Shown in pieces: positions 7,900 to 16,813 of a DNA stretch of 64,000 bases. The DNA lies in NCBI GenBank assembly GCA_965140415.1, contig OZ223209.1, positions 1,376,001-1,440,000 of the forward strand, in the 5' to 3' direction. Numbering within the stretch: position 1 is the first letter of the stretch; every line of letters begins with the position of its first letter. The notes under the pieces were generated by a model that searched no databases, was not told the DNA's origin, and worked only from the letters and a program-made list of their open reading frames with translations. This DNA comes from Myxococcota bacterium (GTDB taxonomy: Bacteria; Myxococcota_A; SURF-8). Both the position numbers and the translations under genes were made by a program.

Positions 7900-10218
7900 T
7901 CAGAACGAAAGCGCCAAGGAACCACTGATCAATAGACCCGGTGCTTCGGAAGGTGTGGTCGGTACGCTGTAAACATCGTACTTTTCGTTTAACAGGTTTT
8001 CAATAGCGAGCGACCACTGGATGTAATCCGTAATTCCGCCGGACAACGCCAGATCGAGAGAAATGTAATGATCCAGTTTTTTGGTCTCCGTGTTTTCCAG
8101 ATCGACGTAGCGCTCGCCTTCGTAACGACCGCTCAAATCGATGGCGATCCATTTCAGGTATTTGAAAACGACGCCCAGCCGCGCGCGGTGCAGGGGCTCG
8201 AAGGGCAGGTAGTTATCTTCAATCGTCGCATCGGCATCATCTGAAATGACGGTGGAGTAGTTGAAGTTATATCCGCCGTACAAAGACCACATCTCGTTGA
8301 TATCGAATTGCAGTTCCGCATCCACGCCGATCGCCTGCACTTCGGTGATGTTGTCCACCTGCGACTGATTCTCGCCGATGCTGCGATAACCGATGAAATC
8401 GTAGCCTCGCGTATAGTAAGCGGTTAGGCGGCCAAGGAAGTTTTTCATGAACCACTGATCCAGGCCGATTTCACCCGACCAGGCGCTTTCCGGGTCCAGT
8501 TCCGGGTTTCCGTACAGCAGCAAGGGACCGCGCGTAAAGACGGTGTACAGTTCGAACAGCGTCGGCGCGGCGAAAGAGCGACCCGCCGAAGCACGCACGG
8601 TGGTCATATCATCGTAACGATACACGAACGACAGCTTCGGGTTAACGGCCACCCAGGAACGGTCCTGGTAATCCTCGTCAATCGGGTCGTTGGGACCGGG
8701 TGCCGTATCCACGCTTTTGCCGTCGCCGCTGCGGCTGTAGTCCATGCGCACACCGGGAGTCAGCAGGAATTTGTGTTTGCCGGCTACGAACTTCATTTCA
8801 TCCTGTGCGAACAGTGAGGTCAGTAGCTGGTTGCCTTCGGCGTTTGCCTTGCGTTCCACCAGGGCGTACTTATTATGTTTGTCCATCATGGTGAAACTGG
8901 TGTCGAGTCCGACGGTCATCGTGTTGAAGTCGGCGACTTTGAAATCGGCCTGGAACAGCTCGCCGAACTTCATGGTGTCGTCGAATTCGGAGTGCTCGTG
9001 CTGGGTGTAGTCCGGGCGGGCTCCCAGATCGACTTTCCGCATCAAGAAATGCGCGTAAGCAGAGGCCGATAGGTTGATATCGTTTTTCATCTCCCGTTCG
9101 TAGCTCAAGCTCAGCATGGCGATCTGGTTGTTCTGCTCGTCGGTAAAAATACCCCGGCTGAAATCCTCGTTGACGTAATTGACGTTCAGGGTAAGCTGCG
9201 AGCGGTCGTCCGGCAGCAGGAAGAAACGACCCATCACGCTCATATCGGTGCGGGCGTTTTTAACGTGATAGGCTTCCGGATCTTTGGCTTGAATGTAGCC
9301 GTCGGTTTTGTAAATGCCGCCGCCGATCATGTAGCCGCCTTTTTCGAACATGCCGCCTTGAAGCAGGGTGGCTGTCATTGTATTCAAACTGCCGTATCCA
9401 GCTTTGATTAGCGTTTCATTGTTGTTCTTCGGCTTTTTCGTGATGATGTTGATCACGCCGCCCATCGCGCCCGAGCCATACAGCGCGGACATGGGACCAC
9501 GAACGATCTCGATACGGTTGATGGATTCTTTGGGAATCATCGACCAGTTGACCGCGCCGGTAACGCCGTCGTTCATCGGGACGCCGTCTAAAAGAATCAG
9601 CGTGCGTTTCTGCTCGTGAATCCCGCGCAAGGTGATATCGCGGCCCGGGCCGCATTCGGCGGCGTGAACGCGCGAGAAAGAGACGCTGGGTATGCGCTTT
9701 AAGAAATCATCGACGGTTTTTTCCGGCGCGCGTTCGAGTTCTTCTTTTTCGATGACCGTCACCATGGCGGGCGCGTCTTTCCAGGAAGACTTGCGGCGGG
9801 CCGCCGTGACTACGATTTCGCCAATCGAGGCGGATTCTTCTTCCTCAGCTTTCAATTCCGTTTTATTTGCATTTTGCTCGGAAACGCTTTGAGCCTCTGT
9901 TTCTGCGGTTGGGCGCGTGTTGACCTGCTCGTTTTCATTTACGGATTCATTCGTTTCTGTTTTCTCTGGCTCAACTGCTGCCGTTTCAGCGCTTGCCGGT
10001 TCGACGGCTTTTGGTGGCTCGTTTTCAGTCGCGGCTGTCGCCTGAATTGCTTGCTCCGTTGGGCTAGCTTGTACGGCGTCGGAATCATTTTGAATTAAGG
10101 TGGCCGGCTCGACCTTGTTTTCCGCTTCGGTTTGCGCGAATCCGGATAATGGAATGCTTAGCAAACAAACGAGCATTGCGAAGAAACTGATCCGAAAACG
10201 CGCGGATTGACGTGACAT
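7900..10218 (-). CDS. TonB-dependent outer-membrane receptor
   Basis: Signal peptide, TonB box EIVVTA, plug RIEIVRGPMSALYGSGAMGGVINIIT, GNPELDPE, IENLLNEKY, terminal Phe. Confidence 0.95.
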   Translation of the reverse strand: MSRQSARFRISFFAMLVCLLSIPLSGFAQTEAENKVEPATLIQNDSDAVQASPTEQAIQATAATENEPPKAVEPASAETAAVEPEKTETNESVNENEQVNTRPTAETEAQSVSEQNANKTELKAEEEESASIGEIVVTAARRKSSWKDAPAMVTVIEKEELERAPEKTVDDFLKRIPSVSFSRVHAAECGPGRDITLRGIHEQKRTLILLDGVPMNDGVTGAVNWSMIPKESINRIEIVRGPMSALYGSGAMGGVINIITKKPKNNNETLIKAGYGSLNTMTATLLQGGMFEKGGYMIGGGIYKTDGYIQAKDPEAYHVKNARTDMSVMGRFFLLPDDRSQLTLNVNYVNEDFSRGIFTDEQNNQIAMLSLSYEREMKNDINLSASAYAHFLMRKVDLGARPDYTQHEHSEFDDTMKFGELFQADFKVADFNTMTVGLDTSFTMMDKHNKYALVERKANAEGNQLLTSLFAQDEMKFVAGKHKFLLTPGVRMDYSRSGDGKSVDTAPGPNDPIDEDYQDRSWVAVNPKLSFVYRYDDMTTVRASAGRSFAAPTLFELYTVFTRGPLLLYGNPELDPESAWSGEIGLDQWFMKNFLGRLTAYYTRGYDFIGYRSIGENQSQVDNITEVQAIGVDAELQFDINEMWSLYGGYNFNYSTVISDDADATIEDNYLPFEPLHRARLGVVFKYLKWIAIDLSGRYEGERYVDLENTETKKLDHYISLDLALSGGITDYIQWSLAIENLLNEKYDVYSVPTTPSEAPGLLISGSLALSF

Positions 10219-10468
10219 AACGCGACTTCCTCCATGAATTCCTGTACGATTTCAAAGGTATAACTAAAGAACAACTAGAAATGACCAACGCGATACTATG
10301 ACGCAGCAGGATTTGAGGTCCAATTAAAATTCATTAATGAACCGCGTTTCACTGAATCTTAACAAGCGGGGTCGGGATTTGGCAAAAGCTTGAAAGCGGA
10401 AAGGGGGTAACAGCCTGTAATTATGCGGGTATTATAGATTGTTGTCGCTCGATTGTAGCTATCTTCGG

Positions 10469-10566
10469 GTAGGTCGGATTCAATGAATCCGATAAAGAAT
10501 AAATGAAGTGATAATGAAATAAATGCAGTAGAAAGTAGTAAAACGGATTCAGTGAATCCGACCAAG
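10469..10566. repeat. Inverted pair of REP-like palindromes (GTAGG-TCGGATTCA-A-TGAATCCGA and an inverted degenerate copy)
   Basis: Perfect palindromes at 10474-10492 and 10544-10560; GTAG at 10469-10472 precedes the first. Confidence 0.65.
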
Positions 10567-10569
10567 TTT

Positions 10570-11667
10570 CTATTCCAACGTTAGCATGCGTTCAAGCGCG
10601 AGACGCGCTTCGGCGGCGATGGCCGCAGGCACTTCAATTTTTGCGCCACCGCCGTCTTGCATCACATCCAAGGTATAAGCTAAATCGTTTAACGTCGTGC
10701 GATACATATTCACGCACATCGGGCAGATATCTTTGGAAAGAGCCACGATTTTGCGGTCTGGATATTCATCAGCAAGGCGAGAAACGAGATTCAATTCCGT
10801 GCCGATGGCAATCGTCGATCCGGCGGGTTGATCTTGTACGAAAGCGACGATCTGCTTGGTCGAGCCGCTGGCGTCGGCAGCCTGAACGACTTCCTCCCGG
10901 CATTCGGGATGAACGATAATGCGAATATCCGGAGTATCTTCGCGACGTTGCTGAATCTGTTCCAGCGTAAATTCCATGTGAACGTGGCAGTGGCCTTCCC
11001 ACAAAATAACGCGCGAACGGCGAATCGCTTCGGGCGTATGACCTCCCAGCGGCAATAGCGGATTCCATTTGATGACCTGCTCGCGGTCGATCTTTAATTT
11101 GTTGCTGGTATTTCGTCCAAGATGTTGATCGGGAAAGAAAAACACCCGCTCGCCACCTTTGCGATCGAAAACGTAATTGAAGGCTTTATCCGCGTTGGAA
11201 CTGGTGCAGATCAAGCCCTTGTTTCGTCCGCAAAAGGCTTTCAACTCTGCGGTGGAGTTCATGTAAGAGATCGGATAGGTGTTGTCTAACTCTATGATAT
11301 CAGACAGTTCTTCCCAGGCTTGCAGCACTTGCTTGGCCGGGGCCATATCCGCCATGGGACAGCCTGCGAAGGGATTGGCCAAATAAACCGTTTGCTCTGC
11401 TCCGGAAAGAATATCCGCCGATTCGGCCATGAAATGCACGCCGCAAAAAACGATGTAACGCACCTGTTTCTGCGCGGCGGCTTTGGCGGAAAGATCGAAA
11501 CTGTCGCCCAGGAAATCATGAAAGGGAACGATTTCCTTACGTTGATAATGATGGACCAGGATCGCCAATTGCTCTCCCAACTCTTGTTTTCGTTTGAGAA
11601 TGATTTCCTTGCAGGCATTCTCATCGAGTTTGCGATATGCTTCCGGCAATTCAACGATCTGTGGCAT
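10570..11667 (-). CDS. nadA: Quinolinate synthase
   Basis: HHYQR, FCGVHFMAE, AGCPMADM, YMNSTA, CTSSNA, GHCHVH, HPEC, GTE, CxNM; three Fe-S cysteines. Confidence 0.97.
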   Translation of the reverse strand: MPQIVELPEAYRKLDENACKEIILKRKQELGEQLAILVHHYQRKEIVPFHDFLGDSFDLSAKAAAQKQVRYIVFCGVHFMAESADILSGAEQTVYLANPFAGCPMADMAPAKQVLQAWEELSDIIELDNTYPISYMNSTAELKAFCGRNKGLICTSSNADKAFNYVFDRKGGERVFFFPDQHLGRNTSNKLKIDREQVIKWNPLLPLGGHTPEAIRRSRVILWEGHCHVHMEFTLEQIQQRREDTPDIRIIVHPECREEVVQAADASGSTKQIVAFVQDQPAGSTIAIGTELNLVSRLADEYPDRKIVALSKDICPMCVNMYRTTLNDLAYTLDVMQDGGGAKIEVPAAIAAEARLALERMLTLE

Positions 11668-11925
11668 CAATTCCTCCGATTGAAATTCAGTACAACGATC
11701 CCCTTTCGATTAGCACAATCAACCGGTGCAGGCAAGTCTTGCGAGCAGCTTCTTTGGAAACAAAACAGGAATAACAGGTTTTATAAGGCAGCATGGGATT
11801 GCATGGTGCAGCATTGTGGATGAAAGCGCGTGATGGGGTTTTGCGAAATGGCAGGATGTTATATAAGCTGACATATGGCAGCGAACTGACAGTAGTGTAA
11901 GCTGTGCCATCTGGTGCGAAACGGG

Positions 11926-11953
11926 CACTAAACCACACTAAAACGACACTAAA
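11926..11953. promoter_or_regulatory. Three helically phased CACTAAA direct repeats
   Basis: CACTAAA at 11926, 11936 and 11947 in the divergent nadA/12496 intergenic region. Confidence 0.4.
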
Positions 11954-12146
11954 GCGCACAAGGGGACCGTAAACGAGCACTTGGATTTTGCCGGAATGTA
12001 CCAATAAATAGCCAAAGGCTGCCATGTTGCCAAAATGCATGCATGCCCGGTGCGCGTCTTCGGTCAGTTAGTGGGGCTTTGGTGTCGTTTTGCGTGCTTT
12101 TACGGTCGGATTGGGACCGCCGAAATTCTGCGATTTTGGCGTTTTC

Positions 12147-12197
12147 AGACGAGGCTCGCAGCATAAAAAAGATGACCTCATAACGACACACCGCCTC
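12147..12197. repeat. Copy 1 of a 51-bp non-coding direct repeat
   Basis: 48/51 identical to 14579-14629. Confidence 0.9.
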
Positions 12198-12495
12198 TGT
12201 CCACCCATCGGATATCGTGAAGAAATAGCTCAAAAATGATATGGTGATGCTTGAATATTGCATAGCGTGGTCGATGTTATTGACTGCAAAGGTCGCCAAA
12301 CTGGATTATTAAATATCATTGGATTCTCCGCCTGCGCAGAGCATGACATCATGATCGACATCGATAAAATCAATTTGCACTGCAATAACCAGTTTATTAG
12401 AATTCAAGAACGCTGTGTTTTTATAGCCGGTTTGTGATATAAGGTTGGAACGGAGATAATTCAATTCTTCCATTCGATGGATTAGGGAGTATTTC

Positions 12496-13962
12496 ATGCA
12501 ACATTTACAGTCGCCGTTTTATCAGGCTGCGACGTATGTCGCCGTGATTGCTTGTTGTGCTCTGATTTTGTTCACGGCCTGTGATGATCAGGACGATACG
12601 GACCCTGGCGATGGTGATATGGAATCCGACTTGGAACAAGAGGCTGGTTTCGAGGATGACGACGCGGAGTCGCTTGCGGACGGCGATATCGAAAAGGATG
12701 GAGATGTTGCCGATGCGGATGGCGATATTGATGAAGAGCCAAAGATTGACGGGGATGAAAAGGAAAATGAACTTGATGCTGACATCGAGAATGAAATAGA
12801 CGGCGACGATCCCGATGGGGATTGGGATGACGAACTCGATGCGGAATCTGAAATTGAAACATGTCCGGTGATGTGGGAAGGCCCCGCTCCGCCCGATTGC
12901 CAAATATGGGATTGTAGCTTGGAACCCTGGCCGGATTGCTGGGTTTGCGATATTGTGGCGGATATCAGTCAAAACGGAATGCCTTGCTCCTATTGTGAAG
13001 GAGAATGCGATTGCACCGAGCAGCCCTGTATCTGTCTCGATGGGGTTTGCATCAACGATCCGAGTGTCGATGGGGATGCGGAAGACAGCGATCGTGAAAT
13101 TGATACGGACAGTGAACTTAATACTGATACAGAAGATGAAGAAGAAATACAGAATGCTACGGAACGTATCGTTGTTGCAGGCGATAGCTGGTCCTGCGGT
13201 ATCGTCGCTCCAACTCGAAACATTCTCGATGAGCGTGGTTTTTCCAGTATTGAGATTACATATTCGACCACCGCAGTTGCTGGTTCCACGGCTGTAGAAT
13301 GGGTGAATAACCATGATAATAAACTGCTAAAACTTTCCGCCGCATTGGACCAGGAGCCTCAAGCCGAGTTGCTTTTATTGGTCATTGGAGGAAACGATGT
13401 GAACGCCGCGATCTACAATGACGATTTCGACGATATGTCGAACGAGCAAAGATCTCAAGTTCTGGATGGTATCCGGGATAACATCAGGGCCATAGTCGAT
13501 TTCGCTCGTCTCAATCGTCCTCATCTGTCAATCGTTCTGGTTGGATACGATTATTTCCACTATCTTTTTCTTCAGCAATTCTATGGGTTAGGGGATATGT
13601 ATCTGGATGAATACAACCAGACATTCGTTAACCTGGGGCTCCGCAAATTGGAAATCGCAAATCAAGTGGATGGCTGCTACTACGCACACAATTTCGGTGT
13701 GTTGCAATACACTTTTGGTGATCGACCTCATCCACCTTATTCCCTGCCGCTTTTTGAATACCCTCCAGGGTATGTGCCCGCTCCGGGAATTGCACCCGAT
13801 TACACTCCTTTTCCTGGTGGGTTATACCAGATCCCTTCTCCGTTAGATCAGATTCCTGATGGAATCCACCCTAATGAAGAAGGGTTCACCGCCATCATGA
13901 ATCACGTGTTTGACCAGGGGATGGAAAACTTATTGTCAGGTTACGACTGGGTCATTCCTTAA
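12496..13962 (+). CDS. Lipoprotein with acidic DGD linker, Cys-rich segment and C-terminal SGNH/GDSL hydrolase domain
   Basis: Lipobox LFTAC; GDSW (block I), GGND (block III), DGIHP (block V). Confidence 0.85.
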   Translation: MQHLQSPFYQAATYVAVIACCALILFTACDDQDDTDPGDGDMESDLEQEAGFEDDDAESLADGDIEKDGDVADADGDIDEEPKIDGDEKENELDADIENEIDGDDPDGDWDDELDAESEIETCPVMWEGPAPPDCQIWDCSLEPWPDCWVCDIVADISQNGMPCSYCEGECDCTEQPCICLDGVCINDPSVDGDAEDSDREIDTDSELNTDTEDEEEIQNATERIVVAGDSWSCGIVAPTRNILDERGFSSIEITYSTTAVAGSTAVEWVNNHDNKLLKLSAALDQEPQAELLLLVIGGNDVNAAIYNDDFDDMSNEQRSQVLDGIRDNIRAIVDFARLNRPHLSIVLVGYDYFHYLFLQQFYGLGDMYLDEYNQTFVNLGLRKLEIANQVDGCYYAHNFGVLQYTFGDRPHPPYSLPLFEYPPGYVPAPGIAPDYTPFPGGLYQIPSPLDQIPDGIHPNEEGFTAIMNHVFDQGMENLLSGYDWVIP

Positions 13963-14041
13963 TGTCAGTCGATGGGTTTAAATCCCTCGCCTTTAGGCGA
14001 AACCTTGAGGTTTTTCAATTGAGCGTGATAATGTCTTTGTC

Positions 14042-14491
14042 ATGGAGAAATATCGCACCAGTTCGCATTCGCGTTTCGACCTGAAGTATCACTTTGTTTG
14101 GATAACGAAGTATCGGAAACCCATTCTTTCCGGCGCGGTAGGCAAGCGACTAAGGGATTTGGTAATTGAAGTTTGCAAGGCGAATGAGATCGAAATACTG
14201 CAAGGGCATGTAGCCAAAGATCACGTTCATCTGTTCGTGTCGTGTCCTCCGAATTTGTCTCCAAGCAAGATCATGCAGAAGATCAAAGGAAAATCGTCAC
14301 GGAAACTGATGATGGAGTTCAAGCACGTGCAAAAAGCTTTCTGGGGTCGTCATTTGTGGGCGCGAGGCTACTTTGTTGCGAGCAGCGGTAATGTGACGGA
14401 TGAGACGATTCAGGAATATATCCGATTGCAGGAAGAAGGGGAACCGCCGGACGGTGGAGCCAATTTCAGAGTTGAGGGCGAAGATGCGTGA
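14042..14491 (+). CDS. tnpA: IS200 Y1 HUH transposase
   Basis: YHFVWITKYR, HUH motif DHVH, KGKSSR, LWARGYF, catalytic Y in EYIRLQ. Confidence 0.97.
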   Translation: MEKYRTSSHSRFDLKYHFVWITKYRKPILSGAVGKRLRDLVIEVCKANEIEILQGHVAKDHVHLFVSCPPNLSPSKIMQKIKGKSSRKLMMEFKHVQKAFWGRHLWARGYFVASSGNVTDETIQEYIRLQEEGEPPDGGANFRVEGEDA

Positions 14492-14509
14492 CGACTTGAG
14501 TCGTCACGC
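14486..14509. terminator. Hairpin overlapping the tnpA stop codon
   Basis: gcgtgacgact-tg-agtcgtcacgc, perfect 11-bp stem. Confidence 0.5.
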
Positions 14510-14578
14510 CGTTGAACGACCACCCATAAATCCTTCGCCTTTAGGCGAAGGTAGTTTAATCAAGCAGAGGGCTTCTTG

Positions 14579-14629
14579 AGACGAGGATCGCAGCTTTAAA
14601 AAGATGACCTCATAACGACACACCGCCTC
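14579..14629. repeat. Copy 2 of the 51-bp non-coding direct repeat
   Basis: 48/51 identical to 12147-12197. Confidence 0.9.
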
Positions 14630-14763
14630 CCACTATCCTGCTGATGTCGTGAGACTATGACTTAATATTGACAGGCCGATGAGAGGTGTTATGATGGCTG
14701 GCCGGACTGTTGATCTGTAAGTTTTGTAAGTGGAGTGGAGGTTTGTGTAAAACAAATAAAATC

Positions 14764-15450
14764 TTATTCGTTGGAAGAGTCGGGAGAATTCGCCTTCTCA
14801 ATTTCCTCGTTCAACTTCTCGACTAATTTATAAACAGTGGTAGATGGATTGGGGAATGGTTCAGACTCACCTAGTTTTTCATAATCGTGATACAGTTTTT
14901 TCGCACGTCGTATAGCGACCTTTTGTCTGCCTAGCAATTTATCATACATACCAGGATCATTCTTTTTGTATTTGTATCCCAGTTTTGTATCCAGTTTATC
15001 GGATAGCTGATCGCGAGTATAGCCTGTAACAGTGTGATCGAAGTGCAGTAAATACCACAACTCGAAAGCTTCATTGGAGAAGGCTATTCGGTAGACGTCC
15101 TTTCCTTTGAACGGCTTATTAAGTTCTTGTATTTTACAGAAAGCTTGATTGATTTGTTTGGGTTTGAAACCATCTCGGTCAAACACGCACCAGACATGAT
15201 CGAAAGGCCCCTCTCTCATTACTATCTTTTCAGCGTATTTGACCAGTGAAATCGTATTTCGGCCTGCTCCTTTGATGGTGATCTGGACGGTGTTTTTATG
15301 CAATTTCTGGCGAAATGAATCAAAATACTGGGGTTCGGTTTTTTCTCCTTCACAAACGATCAGAATCGTTTTAAACGACTTACGTCTCCTTTCAGGTCGC
15401 TTTGGCCGCTGCCTTCGGATACGTCCCGATTTTTTAGCACCTTTACTCAT
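14764..15450 (-). CDS. RloB-family protein (TOPRIM-like; AbiLii-like)
   Basis: IVCEGEKTEPQYF, WCVFDRD, SNEAFELWYLLHF, NPSTTVYKLVE; start overlaps the upstream ATPase stop. Confidence 0.9.
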   Translation of the reverse strand: MSKGAKKSGRIRRQRPKRPERRRKSFKTILIVCEGEKTEPQYFDSFRQKLHKNTVQITIKGAGRNTISLVKYAEKIVMREGPFDHVWCVFDRDGFKPKQINQAFCKIQELNKPFKGKDVYRIAFSNEAFELWYLLHFDHTVTGYTRDQLSDKLDTKLGYKYKKNDPGMYDKLLGRQKVAIRRAKKLYHDYEKLGESEPFPNPSTTVYKLVEKLNEEIEKANSPDSSNE

Positions 15451-16732
15451 TGCATGAGTCTCCACCTGCAAAACCACCTAAAAACGGGATTGCTCCGTAT
15501 TTTCCTCGAAGATAATTCAAGTCTAGAGCCTCATCTTTTCTGGGACTGAATTCAGCCAAGCTATACAAATCGCTGGATTGATCCTGTCGCTTCTCAGTAA
15601 ACAGGATCTGGTCACGCCTGAAGAGGTTTGTGCGCCTATTAAGCAGGTTGGAGTCGTGAGTGGTTACGATGAGTTGCGCGTTGTTTTTATTCATTTTATC
15701 CGTACGAAACAGGCGCAACAACTCCATTGTAATCAGAGGATGTAAACGGGCATCTATCTCATCTATTACCAGCACCCGACCCTCTGCTAAAGTTTTAAGG
15801 ATAGGTCCAGCTAACGCATAGAGCTTCTGTGTGCCATGTGATTCGTGCTTTTCCAGATCGAAATGAACCTGTTTTTGGCCTTCGATCTCATGAACGGTGT
15901 TTATTGATGTCACACCAATTTTTCCAGTTTTTCCGTCATGGGAAAACTCAAGTTTACCCGCCTGCAAGCCTGCCTTGAAAAACTGTTCGAACTGGTTTTC
16001 ATCTAGTAATGTTTTGTTGTAGGTGAGGTTTTTAATACCGAGATCAAGTCCACACAAAAAATTATTTATTTCTTCAGAAAACGTTCCTTTTTGATGAAGG
16101 GAGAATGTAATTCCTTTGAAGGATGCAGGGTTAAAGCCATCAATGATGATCAGTCTTCCGAAATATTTAACAACATCCCCCGCTATTCTTCCATCCATTT
16201 GAGCAACAAGGGAAAGGAAAAGGGCGTTTTCCCGGGTACGTTTCTTAAGACCAAGCCCTTCTTTAAAAGCTGCTTTGTTGATATAGTAAACGCCATCAGC
16301 GTTTCGCTCGAAGAGACGAGTTTGTCGCTTCTTGCGCCTGAACAACCATTCTTCTATTATCGCCTCTTTCGTCACTTTAAATCCATAAGTATATTCGACA
16401 TTGCCTATAAAGAAGATCAACTCAAATAGAGAAGGTTCCTGAGCCGACTTTGGATCAAGTAGAAACGGTTCAACTTCAATGGGCTCACCCTTTTGCGTGT
16501 CTTTCGAGGAGTGCATAACCATATCTTGCATGTACCGAAGTGCCTTTACAAGATTTGATTTTCCGCTGGCGTTGGCTCCATATATAGCGGCTGTGTTTAA
16601 TAGTTTATCACCGTTCGGAGCCGTGAACAAATTTGTGCGTTCCATACCTTTTAGTTTTTCTTCGGCTTCCATAAATAGGGTTGCCTGTTTACGGAAGGAA
16701 CGAAAATTTTCGACGCTAAATTGCCTTAACAT
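15443..16732 (-). CDS. AAA_21/ABC-type ATPase (RloA/AbiLi-like)
   Basis: ENFRSF, Walker A YGANASGKSN, signature ESHGTQK, Walker B VIDEIDARLHP, TTHD, YLRGKYGAIP; AT-richer than flanks. Confidence 0.9.
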   Translation of the reverse strand: MLRQFSVENFRSFRKQATLFMEAEEKLKGMERTNLFTAPNGDKLLNTAAIYGANASGKSNLVKALRYMQDMVMHSSKDTQKGEPIEVEPFLLDPKSAQEPSLFELIFFIGNVEYTYGFKVTKEAIIEEWLFRRKKRQTRLFERNADGVYYINKAAFKEGLGLKKRTRENALFLSLVAQMDGRIAGDVVKYFGRLIIIDGFNPASFKGITFSLHQKGTFSEEINNFLCGLDLGIKNLTYNKTLLDENQFEQFFKAGLQAGKLEFSHDGKTGKIGVTSINTVHEIEGQKQVHFDLEKHESHGTQKLYALAGPILKTLAEGRVLVIDEIDARLHPLITMELLRLFRTDKMNKNNAQLIVTTHDSNLLNRRTNLFRRDQILFTEKRQDQSSDLYSLAEFSPRKDEALDLNYLRGKYGAIPFLGGFAGGDSCNE

Positions 16733-16760
16733 TTGATATTCCAGTTCTAAGCTTTAAATA

Positions 16761-16813
16761 TTGTGAATTATCTGCACAAAACCCTTATAACATGCTGTTA
16801 TGGGGAGAGTCAA
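16761..16813 (-). promoter_or_regulatory. Sigma70-like promoter with downstream inverted repeat for the ATPase/RloB pair
   Basis: Minus strand TTGACT (16813-16808), 18 bp, TATAAG (16789-16784); inverted repeat TTGTG-N9-CACAA at 16761-16779. Confidence 0.45.

Larger units (their letters stand above)
13981..14563 (+). mobile_element. IS200/IS605-family element (tnpA only)
   Basis: Subterminal hairpins tcgcct-tt-aggcga (13987-14000) and ccttcgcct-tt-aggcgaagg (14532-14551); TCAA at 14560-14563 is a candidate right end; exact left end uncertain. Confidence 0.85.

Noticed and set aside
10220-10570. Cobalamin riboswitch or Fur box upstream of the TonB receptor
   Set aside because: No B12-box features recognised; the best Fur-like match (gataatgaaataaatgcag near 10510) is only about 11/19. 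An Rfam or PWM scan is needed.
11670-11730. NAD riboswitch upstream of nadA
   Set aside because: An 8-bp stem could overlap the RBS, but I could not match the nadA-motif consensus and the 5' arm overlaps the probable promoter.
11687-12497. Short minus-strand ORFs in the nadA upstream region
   Set aside because: No RBS or motifs and atypical composition; treated as non-coding.
14610-14694. Bona fide integron attC site
   Set aside because: Core complement is present but internal pairing is weak, there is no array and no intI; kept only as part of the direct-repeat finding.
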